NCBI GenBank assembly: GCA_007695285.1
Contig: REEC01000123.1
Span: 3,351 to 67,350 of the forward strand
Length of the DNA stretch: 64,000 nucleotides
From: Spirochaetaceae bacterium
Lineage (GTDB): Bacteria > Spirochaetota > Spirochaetia > DSM-27196 > PXBQ01
Direction: 5' to 3'
Shown here: positions 17,194 to 25,786 of the stretch, piece by piece
How the letters are laid out: each line of letters begins with the position of its first letter
How positions within the stretch are numbered: the stretch's first letter is position 1
Position numbers and translations under genes: made by a program
The notes under the pieces: generated by a model
Databases searched by the model: none
What the model was told of the DNA's origin: nothing
The model's input: only the letters and a program-made list of their open reading frames with translations

Positions 17194-19632
17194 ATGTCAC
17201 ACCGTACGGTTGCGTCGCCCGCGCCGATTATCCAACATACCGACCCGTACAGCATCCGCGAGATCCCGGCAGCCGCGACCGCTTTCGGGATATCCGCCGA
17301 TGAGATCGAGGCCCTCGACAGGACCCAAACGCCGTTCGAGATCATCGGCCAGCCGCGCGCGACGCGCGCGCTCGAAATGGCGATCCGGATCGAAGCGAAG
17401 GGCTACAATATCTTTGTCGTCGGCCTTCCGGGAACCGGGAAGAGAACGGCAATCCGCAAAATCCTCTCGAAACATCCCCGAGCGCCGGAAAAGCTACGCG
17501 ATGTCGTGTATGTCCACAACTTCGCGAACCCGACCGAACCACGCGTCCTGTACTTCGAACCCGGCGCCGGGCGGGTGTTCCGCGCGGCCATGCGCGAGTT
17601 GGTGAGCAAAGTCACGACGCACCTGCAGATGGTGTACGAAAACGTTCAGTTCAAGACGCGACGCGACGAGCTGTTGATGAGAACCGAAGGTGACGAGAGC
17701 CGTCTTCTCTCGGAATTCGAGTCGAAGCTCGACACCGAGGGATTTGCGCTGATCGAACTCGACGGCGAAGAGGCTCAGAGAACCGATATTGCACCGGTTG
17801 TAGACGGCGAAACCACAAGCTTCGACGCTCTACAGAAACGGGTCCACGCGGGAGAAATTCAGGAGTCGCACTGGAAAAAAATCCGGGAGCGATACTACCA
17901 CTTCGTCGACGAGATGAACAGCATTTTCCACAAGCTCCGGCTCGACCGGGAAGAAACCGAATCGGCGCTAAAGGAGCTGCAAATCGCGATCGTTCGGCCC
18001 GAGATCGAGCGTGAGATCGAGTCGGTCAGACAGCGGTTCCCGGACACGCGAACCGAAAAACACCTCTCGGCGGTTCTTGAGGAAATCCTCGCCAACCTCG
18101 AGCAGTTTCTGCCGGAGGAGCAGGAGAAGCACGATCAACCGTACACGGCGCGTTTCGACGTCAATATTGTCGTCGATAACGCGGAGACATCGGGTTCGCC
18201 GATCGTCTTCGAGAGCCACCCCGACTACGCAAAGCTGTTCGGGTCGCAGGAAGTGATGATGGATCACGGAGGCGAGCCGCGGAGCACGTTCATGATGCTG
18301 CGCGCCGGATCGCTTGTGAAGGCATCGGGAGGGTTTCTCGTCTTGCGTGGCGAAGACATTTTTGGAGTCGACGATCTCTGGAACGGTCTCAAACGAGCGC
18401 TGCTCGACGGGCAGATCGAGATTCGGAACACTCCCGGACCGTTCAACGTACCGGGTCCATCGCTCAAACCCGAACCGATCGAGATCGACGTAAAAGTCAT
18501 CGTAACCGGAAGCGATGCGATGTACGACCTACTTTTCACGATGGACGAAGAGTTCCAAAAACTGTTCAAGGTTCCCGCGGAGTTCGACTCGCTGATGCCG
18601 CGAACCGAAAATACTACGCGTGAGTACATCAGTTTCATTCGAATGATTACTGCCGATGAGAATCTGCTTTCGTTCTCGTACGACGGTATCGCACGGATCG
18701 TCGAGTACGGCGTCCGGCTGTCGGAATTCCGCGACAGGTTGAGCACGCAGTTCTCGTACATAGCGGACCTGATTCGGGAGGCCGATTACTGGGCGCGTCT
18801 CGACGGAAAATACGAAGTCACGCGGGCTGAGATCGAACGCGCGCTGTCCGAGAGAAAATTTCTGTACAACCTGCCCGAAGAAAAAATCGATGAGCAGATT
18901 CTTTCGGGAGAACTGCTCGTCTCGGTCCGCGACTCGGCGATCGGAAGGATCAATGGACTCGCGATCCTCGATCGGGGATTCTACTCGTTCGCGCGCCCGA
19001 TCCTGATCACCGCCCGCGCGGCGCCGGGGACCGACGGAATCGTGAACATCGAACGCGAGTCCGGTCTCTCGGGAGAGATCCACGACAAAGGTGTCTACAT
19101 CATCGAAGGATACCTTCAATCAAAGTACGCGCGTGACTTCCCGCTCTCGGTTCGCGCGAGTGTCTGTTTCGAACAGTCGTACGTCGAGGTGGACGGAGAC
19201 TCGGCGTCGTCGACCGAGATCTACGTGTTGCTCTCGGCGATCGCGGAAATCCCGTTGCGTCAGGACATCGCGGTAACCGGAAGCGTGAACCAGATGGGAG
19301 AAATTCAGCCGGTCGGAGGCATTAACGAAAAAATCGAGGGCTTCTACGAGATCTGCCGAAAAGCCGGTATCACAGGTACACAGGGCGTGATCATTCCGCG
19401 TCAGAACTTGCCGAATCTCGTGCTGTCGGCCGACCTGCAACAGGCTCTCACGCGGGACGAGTTCCACATCTACGCCGTAGAGACGATCGACGAAGGCATG
19501 GAAATTCTCACGTCGCTCGTCGCCGGGGAACGTACTCAGAAGGGTCGGTTCAAGATCGGAACGGTCAACTCGTTCGTCGAAAAACGTCTGCGTGAAATGG
19601 CACAGCAAATAAAGGATTTTGGAGGGAATTAA
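17194..19632 (+). CDS. Lon-like ATP-dependent protease (LonB/COG1067 type)
   Basis: Walker A GLPGTGKRTA. C-terminal S16 protease domain with VDGDSASSTE (catalytic Ser) and GGINEKIEGF. The start could instead be TTG 17116. Confidence 0.85.
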   Translation: MSHRTVASPAPIIQHTDPYSIREIPAAATAFGISADEIEALDRTQTPFEIIGQPRATRALEMAIRIEAKGYNIFVVGLPGTGKRTAIRKILSKHPRAPEKLRDVVYVHNFANPTEPRVLYFEPGAGRVFRAAMRELVSKVTTHLQMVYENVQFKTRRDELLMRTEGDESRLLSEFESKLDTEGFALIELDGEEAQRTDIAPVVDGETTSFDALQKRVHAGEIQESHWKKIRERYYHFVDEMNSIFHKLRLDREETESALKELQIAIVRPEIEREIESVRQRFPDTRTEKHLSAVLEEILANLEQFLPEEQEKHDQPYTARFDVNIVVDNAETSGSPIVFESHPDYAKLFGSQEVMMDHGGEPRSTFMMLRAGSLVKASGGFLVLRGEDIFGVDDLWNGLKRALLDGQIEIRNTPGPFNVPGPSLKPEPIEIDVKVIVTGSDAMYDLLFTMDEEFQKLFKVPAEFDSLMPRTENTTREYISFIRMITADENLLSFSYDGIARIVEYGVRLSEFRDRLSTQFSYIADLIREADYWARLDGKYEVTRAEIERALSERKFLYNLPEEKIDEQILSGELLVSVRDSAIGRINGLAILDRGFYSFARPILITARAAPGTDGIVNIERESGLSGEIHDKGVYIIEGYLQSKYARDFPLSVRASVCFEQSYVEVDGDSASSTEIYVLLSAIAEIPLRQDIAVTGSVNQMGEIQPVGGINEKIEGFYEICRKAGITGTQGVIIPRQNLPNLVLSADLQQALTRDEFHIYAVETIDEGMEILTSLVAGERTQKGRFKIGTVNSFVEKRLREMAQQIKDFGGN

Positions 19633-19697
19633 AGATAGCCTTGACGTTTGAGCCCGTTACACGTAATGTAGGCGGGGAAGTCCGAAGGGGAGAAGTC

Positions 19698-21179
19698 ATG
19701 CCGAAGGCGATAGACAAGCAGAAGATTATTCAAGCTGCACGAAATTCTATACCATTGACAATCAAGACGTATACGCTTCCGCACGAGACCGAGGCTTACC
19801 TCGATGAGATTCTCGGACTTTTTCTCAAGGAAATGGGCCAGGAAAAGCTCAAAGATCCGCTGTCGTACTGCCTTCGCGAACTTGCCGTCAACGCAAAAAA
19901 GGCGAACACGAAACGTGTCTACTTCACGGAAAAAGAACTCGCTCTCGGAAACGACTCTGAGTACGAGATCGGAATGCGGACCTTCAAGCAGGAAACGCTC
20001 GACAACATCAATCACTACCTCAAGCTCCAGAAAGACGCGGGCCTGTACATAAAAATCATTTTTCACGCGAAGGGCCGCGACCTTAACCTCTACGTCTGTA
20101 ACAACACCGAGATCACGCAGAAAGAGCAGATGCGCGTGTTCGACCGAATTGCGCGTTCGCGCGCGTTCGAGTCGCTCGAGGAAGCGCTCACGACTGTTCT
20201 CGACGACTCCGAAGGCGCAGGCCTCGGAATCGTCATCCTGGTCCTGATGCTGAAGAAGATCGGCCTCGACGAGGAGGCGTTCGATATCGACATCGAGAAC
20301 GGCGAAACCGTCGCACGCGTCACAATTCCGATGTCCAAAGTTCGCGTCGAGAATCTCGAGATGATCTCGCAGGAAATCGTCGCCGAGATCGACGCACTGC
20401 CGCGCTTTCCCGAGAACATCGTGCAACTTCAGGGGATGATCAGCGACCCGGACGCCGAAATTTCCGCCATCGCTCGACAGGTCTCGACCGACCCGGCACT
20501 GACCGCCGACTTATTGAAGGTGGTGAACTCGGCACAGTTCATGCTGCCGAAGAAGGTCGACAACATCGTCGAAGCGGTCAAGATGGTCGGTATGCGGGGG
20601 CTGCGGAATCTCCTGTACTCGTACGGGACGCAGAAGATACTCGGTAACGACGGTCCCGATGCAAAAGAGCTGTGGCAGCACTCGTACCGCTGCGCGTACT
20701 ACGCGTACAGCATCGCGAAAAACGTCACGCGAAAGAAAGATATTCTCGACGACGTCTACGTCGGCGGCATCCTTCACGACATGGGCAAAATCATCTTCTC
20801 GTCGGTGCACCCCGACTTGATCGACAAAATCCAGAGCTTCTGCACGACCAAACAAATCCCGACGGACCTTTTCGAGGATCTCGCCGGGGGTTTGAACCAC
20901 GCAGAGATCGGCGCGTTGATTGCGGAGAAGTGGAACTTCCCGGACGCGCTCATCTCGGCGATAAAGTACCACCACACGCCCCACGAGGCGCCGACCGAGT
21001 ACCGTGAAGTGGTGTTCACGGTGTACCTCGCAAACTCACTCTGTAACTTCCGCGACAAGAAGCTCGCTTTCGACCAGGTTGACCCTCGAATTCTCGAGAC
21101 GTTCCGCATCGCATCCGAGTCGCAGTTTCGCACCGTGAGCGAACGCCTTGAAAATGCGTTCGCCCGAGAAGCGGGGTAA
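19698..21179 (+). CDS. GHKL (histidine-kinase-like ATPase) domain - HDOD domain protein
   Basis: N-box-like LRELAVNAKKAN and G-box-like DDSEGAGLGI. C-terminal HDOD/HD pattern (STDPALTADLLKVVNSAQF, GGILHDMGK). AGGGGAGAAG precedes ATG 19698. Confidence 0.75.
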   Translation: MPKAIDKQKIIQAARNSIPLTIKTYTLPHETEAYLDEILGLFLKEMGQEKLKDPLSYCLRELAVNAKKANTKRVYFTEKELALGNDSEYEIGMRTFKQETLDNINHYLKLQKDAGLYIKIIFHAKGRDLNLYVCNNTEITQKEQMRVFDRIARSRAFESLEEALTTVLDDSEGAGLGIVILVLMLKKIGLDEEAFDIDIENGETVARVTIPMSKVRVENLEMISQEIVAEIDALPRFPENIVQLQGMISDPDAEISAIARQVSTDPALTADLLKVVNSAQFMLPKKVDNIVEAVKMVGMRGLRNLLYSYGTQKILGNDGPDAKELWQHSYRCAYYAYSIAKNVTRKKDILDDVYVGGILHDMGKIIFSSVHPDLIDKIQSFCTTKQIPTDLFEDLAGGLNHAEIGALIAEKWNFPDALISAIKYHHTPHEAPTEYREVVFTVYLANSLCNFRDKKLAFDQVDPRILETFRIASESQFRTVSERLENAFAREAG

Positions 21180-21284
21180 CCTCCCGTTCCCGACCAATCG
21201 TTTTTCTCGGCTGATAACGGTACGCTCGGATTGACTCCGGACCCAATCCTTTATATATTGTTTATTATATATACGGGAGGCGCT

Positions 21285-21515
21285 ATGGCTATTACTGTCT
21301 ACACTACTCCGAGCTGTGTGTACTGCACCAAAGTGAAGAGTTTTTTCCGGGAGCTTAAGGTTCCATTCACCGAGTACGATGTCGCGCGCGACGCTCGCCG
21401 CGCTGAAGAGATGCAAAGGAGATCCGGCCAGTCGGGCGTGCCGGTCGTCGATGTGAACGGACGCGTAATCGTAGGGTTCAACGAAGCGGAAATTCGCTCT
21501 GCTCTCAAAAGGTGA
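21285..21515 (+). CDS. glutaredoxin-family protein
   Basis: MAITVYTTPSCVYCTKVK... carries a CxxC active site. GGGAGG SD before ATG 21285. Confidence 0.85.
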   Translation: MAITVYTTPSCVYCTKVKSFFRELKVPFTEYDVARDARRAEEMQRRSGQSGVPVVDVNGRVIVGFNEAEIRSALKR

Positions 21516-21559
21516 ATGGACGCGCGATCGGTTTTGGACATCACTACACAGGAGGCATA

Positions 21560-21976
21560 ATGAGTTACGGAACACGCGCTGAGTATCGAGACGGGTTGGC
21601 GTTCGATATTCGATTGCAGGGCCACGATCTGACCGTCGACGCGGATACGTCGTCGGGAGGCAAGGGATACGGCCCCACGCCGAAGTCGCTGATCCTTTCG
21701 GCCTTGGCAGGTTGTACGGGAATGGACGTCGCGGCGATCCTCGGCAAGATGAAAATGCCGTTCGAGTCGTTTGCGGTCGAGGTCGACGGGGAGAGCGCGG
21801 AGTCGCATCCGCACGTATACACGAAAGTCATGGTTCGCTACCTCTTCACGGGCAACGAAACCGATCGCGAGAAGATCGAGAAGGCCGTAAATTTGAGTCT
21901 CACGAAGTACTGCCCTGTCGCGGCGATGATCAAGGCCTCAGCGGAACTCGAGTACGAGATCATCACGGACGCGTGA
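21560..21976 (+). CDS. OsmC-family peroxiredoxin-like protein
   Basis: Both conserved Cys contexts are present (LAGCTGMD, TKYCPVA). AGGAGG SD before ATG 21560. Confidence 0.85.
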   Translation: MSYGTRAEYRDGLAFDIRLQGHDLTVDADTSSGGKGYGPTPKSLILSALAGCTGMDVAAILGKMKMPFESFAVEVDGESAESHPHVYTKVMVRYLFTGNETDREKIEKAVNLSLTKYCPVAAMIKASAELEYEIITDA

Positions 21977-22826
21977 GTCGCGCGTACCACGCGTGCAAAA
22001 AAATCCCGGCCGCGACCGATACGTTCAGCGATCTCTTCGCGCCCGCCATCGGGATCGTGACGCGACATCGGTCTCGGTCCGCGCGCTCGAGAGCAGCTGA
22101 AGATACACCCAACTCCTCCGACCCGAGCACAACCATACCGGCCGAGGGAAACGCGAACTCGCCTATTGCGGTCCCACCGGACTCGAGCGCAATTACGGGA
22201 TCGTACAGCGATGAGGCCTCTTCGAACGTTGCAACACGCCAAGGCACTATCGTCTCGGCTCCCATCGCCGAACGACGCGTGCGCACATGCGCGGGTGTCG
22301 GAGTCGCGGGTGAAACGATTATCTCGGATACACCGAACGCCTCTGCTGCGCGAAAGATCGCCCCGACGTTAAACGGGCTTCGCAGGTCGTCAAGATACAC
22401 CGCGATCGGGAAAACGGTTCTGGCGGCCCCGTCGAGCGCTCCTGTGTCGTCTCGCAGATCCCAGTCTACCGCCTCCTGACCGACGACCGACATCAACCCG
22501 TGCCGTACCGCGTTCATCGCTCGATACAACGTCTCGATACACTCGCGTGTCTCGGCGCGGCTCATCGGTATCGAGAACAGATGATCGGCCACGCCGCCGA
22601 GCTCCTCGGCGGCATCCCGCGCGAATCCCGGCACCGAGTCCGACGCCGCGACGATCGCCGCGAGCGTATGAATGTAATGAACATCCGGCAGCCGGACGTC
22701 GTTCGAGACATCCGGGTCGGCGCGCAGATCTGAGCCGATTTGATTCTCGAAGTGGTAAAAGACACGGATCATTTTTCGCCATCGCGTGCGCTCGGGCATG
22801 CTGCGGAGGGAATCGACGGGAATCAT
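21963..22826 (-). CDS. TrmH/SpoU-family RNA 2'-O-methyltransferase with N-terminal extension
   Basis: SpoU motifs SPFNVGAIFRAAEAFG, VVLGSEELGVS and SLNVSVAAGIFL. Confidence 0.85.
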   Translation of the reverse strand: MIPVDSLRSMPERTRWRKMIRVFYHFENQIGSDLRADPDVSNDVRLPDVHYIHTLAAIVAASDSVPGFARDAAEELGGVADHLFSIPMSRAETRECIETLYRAMNAVRHGLMSVVGQEAVDWDLRDDTGALDGAARTVFPIAVYLDDLRSPFNVGAIFRAAEAFGVSEIIVSPATPTPAHVRTRRSAMGAETIVPWRVATFEEASSLYDPVIALESGGTAIGEFAFPSAGMVVLGSEELGVSSAALERADRDRCRVTIPMAGAKRSLNVSVAAGIFLHAWYARLTRP

Positions 22827-22847
22827 GTTATCGCACTCGGTCGCGTC

Positions 22848-23996
22848 TCAAAATGCCTGTTTAACGATCTCAAAAAGGTCCTGCGCGCCGAGAGGCATCG
22901 GAGACGAGGTGATCATCTCGAACGACGCTGCCGTCTCGCACACTTCGTACATTTCATCCATCGACAGGTCAAACTCGCGCAGACGTCCGGGAAGGCCGAG
23001 CAGCCCGAGCAATCGTCGTGCAGCAACCGACGCTTGACCGGCCTCCCCGGCGTTGTTGATCCCGATTATGTCCTCGCCGAGAGCACGCGCGACTTTTCCG
23101 GTCTTCACGGGACGGACCGTCGCGGTCTGGTCGAGAATATGGGGAAGAAGCGCGGTCGCGATCCAGGATTTTGGGACATTGTACCGCGCGTTGATCGCGT
23201 AGCTCAGCGCGCCACCCGCGCCTTGGCTGCTCACACCGAGCCCGATCGCCGACATCAGTCCGCCTTCCGCCGCGCGCAATCGATGCCGCATATCGTTCGG
23301 ACTCTTGCCGATCCCCTCGATCGACTCCTTGAGCATGTCGATCGCGCGGAGAAATAGCGTGTCCGAGAGGAACGTGCTCTTTGTCGACAGGTATCCCTCG
23401 ATCGCCGCGAGCAGCGAGTCGAGCATCACCGCCGCGGCGTACTTCGGCGAGAGTGACAGCGTGAGGTTCGGATCGATGAGCTCGTACTTCACAACCCCGA
23501 CGGGCAACGGAAGCACACGCGCGTGGCGAGTGACGTCGTCGGTGATGACACACTCGTGTTTGAGCATAAAGTGGTTCCGGTATGACGACGGTATCTCGAT
23601 GTACGGCACGGGAGCGCGGTTTGGAAGCTGCCCCGACAGCAGATCGGTCAGCCCGGTGCGTGTCGCAGCAGCCGAGGCGGTGCACCGCGCAGCCGAAAGC
23701 ACGCGCATACCGCCCATCCCGATAATCACCTGAGACTGACTTGCGCGTGCGAGCTGGACGATCTCATCGATCCCCGAACTCGTCGAGCCCGGGCTCAACT
23801 CGTCGTACACGATGCAGTCGATCGATTTGCGACGAAGAATGTCGCGCACCTTTTCGACGTGCCCCCCGTCGTACAGAACTGATTCGGTAATCAGGAGCGC
23901 CCGCGAGCCGAACTCGCCCGCGCGAGCGCCGACCGTATTTATACTATCCGCGCCGAACACGAGACACGCAGGCACATGAAACTCGAACTCCGCCAT
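22848..23996 (-). CDS. iron-containing alcohol dehydrogenase family protein (metal ligands apparently substituted)
   Basis: The Fe-ADH fold is recognisable (AIEGY, ALLPHI blocks). GGGGAG SD before ATG 23996. The His ligands seem replaced; see the finding for 22848-23996. Confidence 0.75.
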   Translation of the reverse strand: MAEFEFHVPACLVFGADSINTVGARAGEFGSRALLITESVLYDGGHVEKVRDILRRKSIDCIVYDELSPGSTSSGIDEIVQLARASQSQVIIGMGGMRVLSAARCTASAAATRTGLTDLLSGQLPNRAPVPYIEIPSSYRNHFMLKHECVITDDVTRHARVLPLPVGVVKYELIDPNLTLSLSPKYAAAVMLDSLLAAIEGYLSTKSTFLSDTLFLRAIDMLKESIEGIGKSPNDMRHRLRAAEGGLMSAIGLGVSSQGAGGALSYAINARYNVPKSWIATALLPHILDQTATVRPVKTGKVARALGEDIIGINNAGEAGQASVAARRLLGLLGLPGRLREFDLSMDEMYEVCETAASFEMITSSPMPLGAQDLFEIVKQAF

Positions 23997-24067
23997 TGCT
24001 CCCCCGAATTGCCGCACTTATAGATGATCTGGACGATCGAATTATCGCACCCCGACAACGTGCGTCG

Positions 24068-24102
24068 AAAAAAAAAGCAACGATAGTATAGCCTATCGTT
24101 GC
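24068..24102 (-). terminator. Rho-independent terminator downstream of flgM
   Basis: Perfect 10-bp stem GCAACGATAG/CTATCGTTGC with a 6-nt loop. On the minus strand it is followed by a run of nine U. Confidence 0.8.
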
Positions 24103-24181
24103 CGTTTAAACCAAGCTGTTGCCGTTTCCGTCGGTCGACTTCGACTCAAGGTCACAGAAACGCGAAAGAGTCACGGACGTC

Positions 24182-24466
24182 TCAAACGTCGAACATGTCC
24201 ATGATACGATCGGCGACAACCTCGATGACGGCGTCGTCTATGTACGACGGATCCCGTAGTTTCTCTCTGACCTCGGCAACCCGATCGTTTCGAACGTCCG
24301 ACGAGTCACGCACTTGCGCGTCCATTCGCAGGATGTCCGCCTTGAGTTTGGCTTCCTCGGAAAACGACACCGAGTCCGATCCCGGTTTCTCGGCCGGACG
24401 TTCGGGTTTGTGCGTCTTGTTCAATCTCTGTACCGGATCCACCGGACCCAGGCGATCGATACTCAT
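24182..24466 (-). CDS. flgM: anti-sigma-28 factor FlgM
   Basis: 94 aa. DSVSFSEEAK... and ...RNDRVAEVREKLRDPSYIDDAVIEVVADRI match the FlgM pattern. Confidence 0.8.
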   Translation of the reverse strand: MSIDRLGPVDPVQRLNKTHKPERPAEKPGSDSVSFSEEAKLKADILRMDAQVRDSSDVRNDRVAEVREKLRDPSYIDDAVIEVVADRIMDMFDV

Positions 24467-24493
24467 CGTCGGTTGCCTTCCTTACACTCAAAT

Positions 24494-24520
24494 ATATCGA
24501 CACAAACTATGATAATTCTA
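24494..24520 (-). promoter_or_regulatory. candidate sigma-28 (FliA) promoter for flgM
   Basis: Minus strand reads TAGA-N15-GTCGATAT against the consensus TAAA-N15-GCCGATAA. The -35 overlaps the rsmI stop codon. Confidence 0.3.
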
Positions 24521-25198
24521 AACCTTTTTGCGATGTCCGACAAGGACCGTAAACTCACCTTTCACCGCAGGCCTCTCAGATAGATTATCGGCTATTTCCG
24601 ATGGAGTTCCAACCAAAAACTCCTCGTGTGCCTTCGTCATCTCGCGCCCGATAAAAACCTGATGGTCGGGCGCCAGATCCGACAGATCGTGCAGCGTCTT
24701 GATGATCCGGAACGGGGATTCGAGCAGCACAAAAGCCTCGTCGCGCGCGAGCAGCTCGGCCAGACGTTTCCTTCTCCGCCCCTGTTTCGGCGAGAGGAAG
24801 CCTTCGAACATGATCGTACTCCCGTCCCAACCGGCCGCGGACACGACCGCAGCGAAGGACGACGGTCCCGGAATCGGCACGATCGGTACGCCGGCGGCGC
24901 GGACAGCGCGGACAAGCGCCGCGCCGGGATCGCTGAGCAGCGGCGTGCCCGCATCCGAGACGTACGCGGCGCTTTCACCGTCGGCGATTCGCCCGGCGAT
25001 CGCGTCGGCCGCGGCGGGTTTGCTGTTCGCGTGGAACGATACAACACGCTTGTCGATTCCGTAGTGTACGAGCAGTTTTCGCGTATGCCGCGTATCCTCG
25101 CACACGATAAAACCAACCTCGCGGAGAGTCTCAAGCGCACGAAGCGTGATATCACTGAGGTTTCCTATCGGTGTGGCGACCACGAAGAGGCGCGACAT
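24518..25198 (-). CDS. rsmI: 16S rRNA (cytidine1402-2'-O)-methyltransferase
   Basis: LFVVATPIGNLSDITLRALETL... and CEDTRHTRKLL... are typical of RsmI. Confidence 0.9.
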   Translation of the reverse strand: MSRLFVVATPIGNLSDITLRALETLREVGFIVCEDTRHTRKLLVHYGIDKRVVSFHANSKPAAADAIAGRIADGESAAYVSDAGTPLLSDPGAALVRAVRAAGVPIVPIPGPSSFAAVVSAAGWDGSTIMFEGFLSPKQGRRRKRLAELLARDEAFVLLESPFRIIKTLHDLSDLAPDHQVFIGREMTKAHEEFLVGTPSEIADNLSERPAVKGEFTVLVGHRKKV

Positions 25199-25230
25199 GG
25201 TTGGTGAAGTGTATCGGTCCCGGCGACGAT

Positions 25231-25259
25231 TGACAATCGACGGATCACTCTCTACTGTC
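25231..25259 (+). promoter_or_regulatory. candidate sigma-70-type promoter (TTGACA-17-TACTGT)
   Basis: Hexamer match only, about 40 nt upstream of the 25301 ORF. Confidence 0.3.
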
Positions 25260-25300
25260 CACGTATCGTAGTCTTCGGAGGGTGAACCATCGAGATCGGT

Positions 25301-25735
25301 GTGCTTTTAGTTCTCGCGGGAGTAGTCGGTTTCCTGCTTTTCACGCTTATTCGGATAAAGAAGTCCGACTACTACGCGCTGGCGAACAACATGGCAGATC
25401 GAACGCGCCGGTCGCTCGAGGTCCTGAAGCCGTGCCCGTTGTGCGGTGAGCTGCTTCGCAAGGGCGAAACCGTCCACACACACGTCTTCAACAAGGGCGC
25501 CAAAACGAAACCCGACGACACGTTGGTTCATATGTTCGGCTGCAAATACTGCCGACCGCCAAACGCAAAAAAAGCCCGAATTTGCCCGGTCTGCAGAAAA
25601 ACCGTTCCGGACGACGGGTATATCGTCGCGCGCATGTTCAACAGAGAGAAGAGAAAACACGTTCACGTACTCGGGTGCACCGAGTGCCGGAAAAATTCGC
25701 GAAGGAGCTCGCGTAAAGACTACGCGGATTCCTGA
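25301..25735 (+). CDS. membrane-anchored protein with four CxxC motifs (double zinc ribbon)
   Basis: N-terminal TM helix, then CPLC, CKYC, CPVC and CTEC. GTG start. Confidence 0.6.
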   Translation: MLLVLAGVVGFLLFTLIRIKKSDYYALANNMADRTRRSLEVLKPCPLCGELLRKGETVHTHVFNKGAKTKPDDTLVHMFGCKYCRPPNAKKARICPVCRKTVPDDGYIVARMFNREKRKHVHVLGCTECRKNSRRSSRKDYADS

Positions 25736-25786
25736 CTCTGGACGTGGTTTTTTCGAACATTCGTCGTATACTGAAGTTCGAGCATA

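Noticed and set aside
17194-19632. Lon-like protease as a BREX BrxL-type defence component
   Set aside because: No PglX, PglZ, BrxA/B/C or other defence genes are within reach. The neighbours are housekeeping (Nif3, lspA) or signalling genes.
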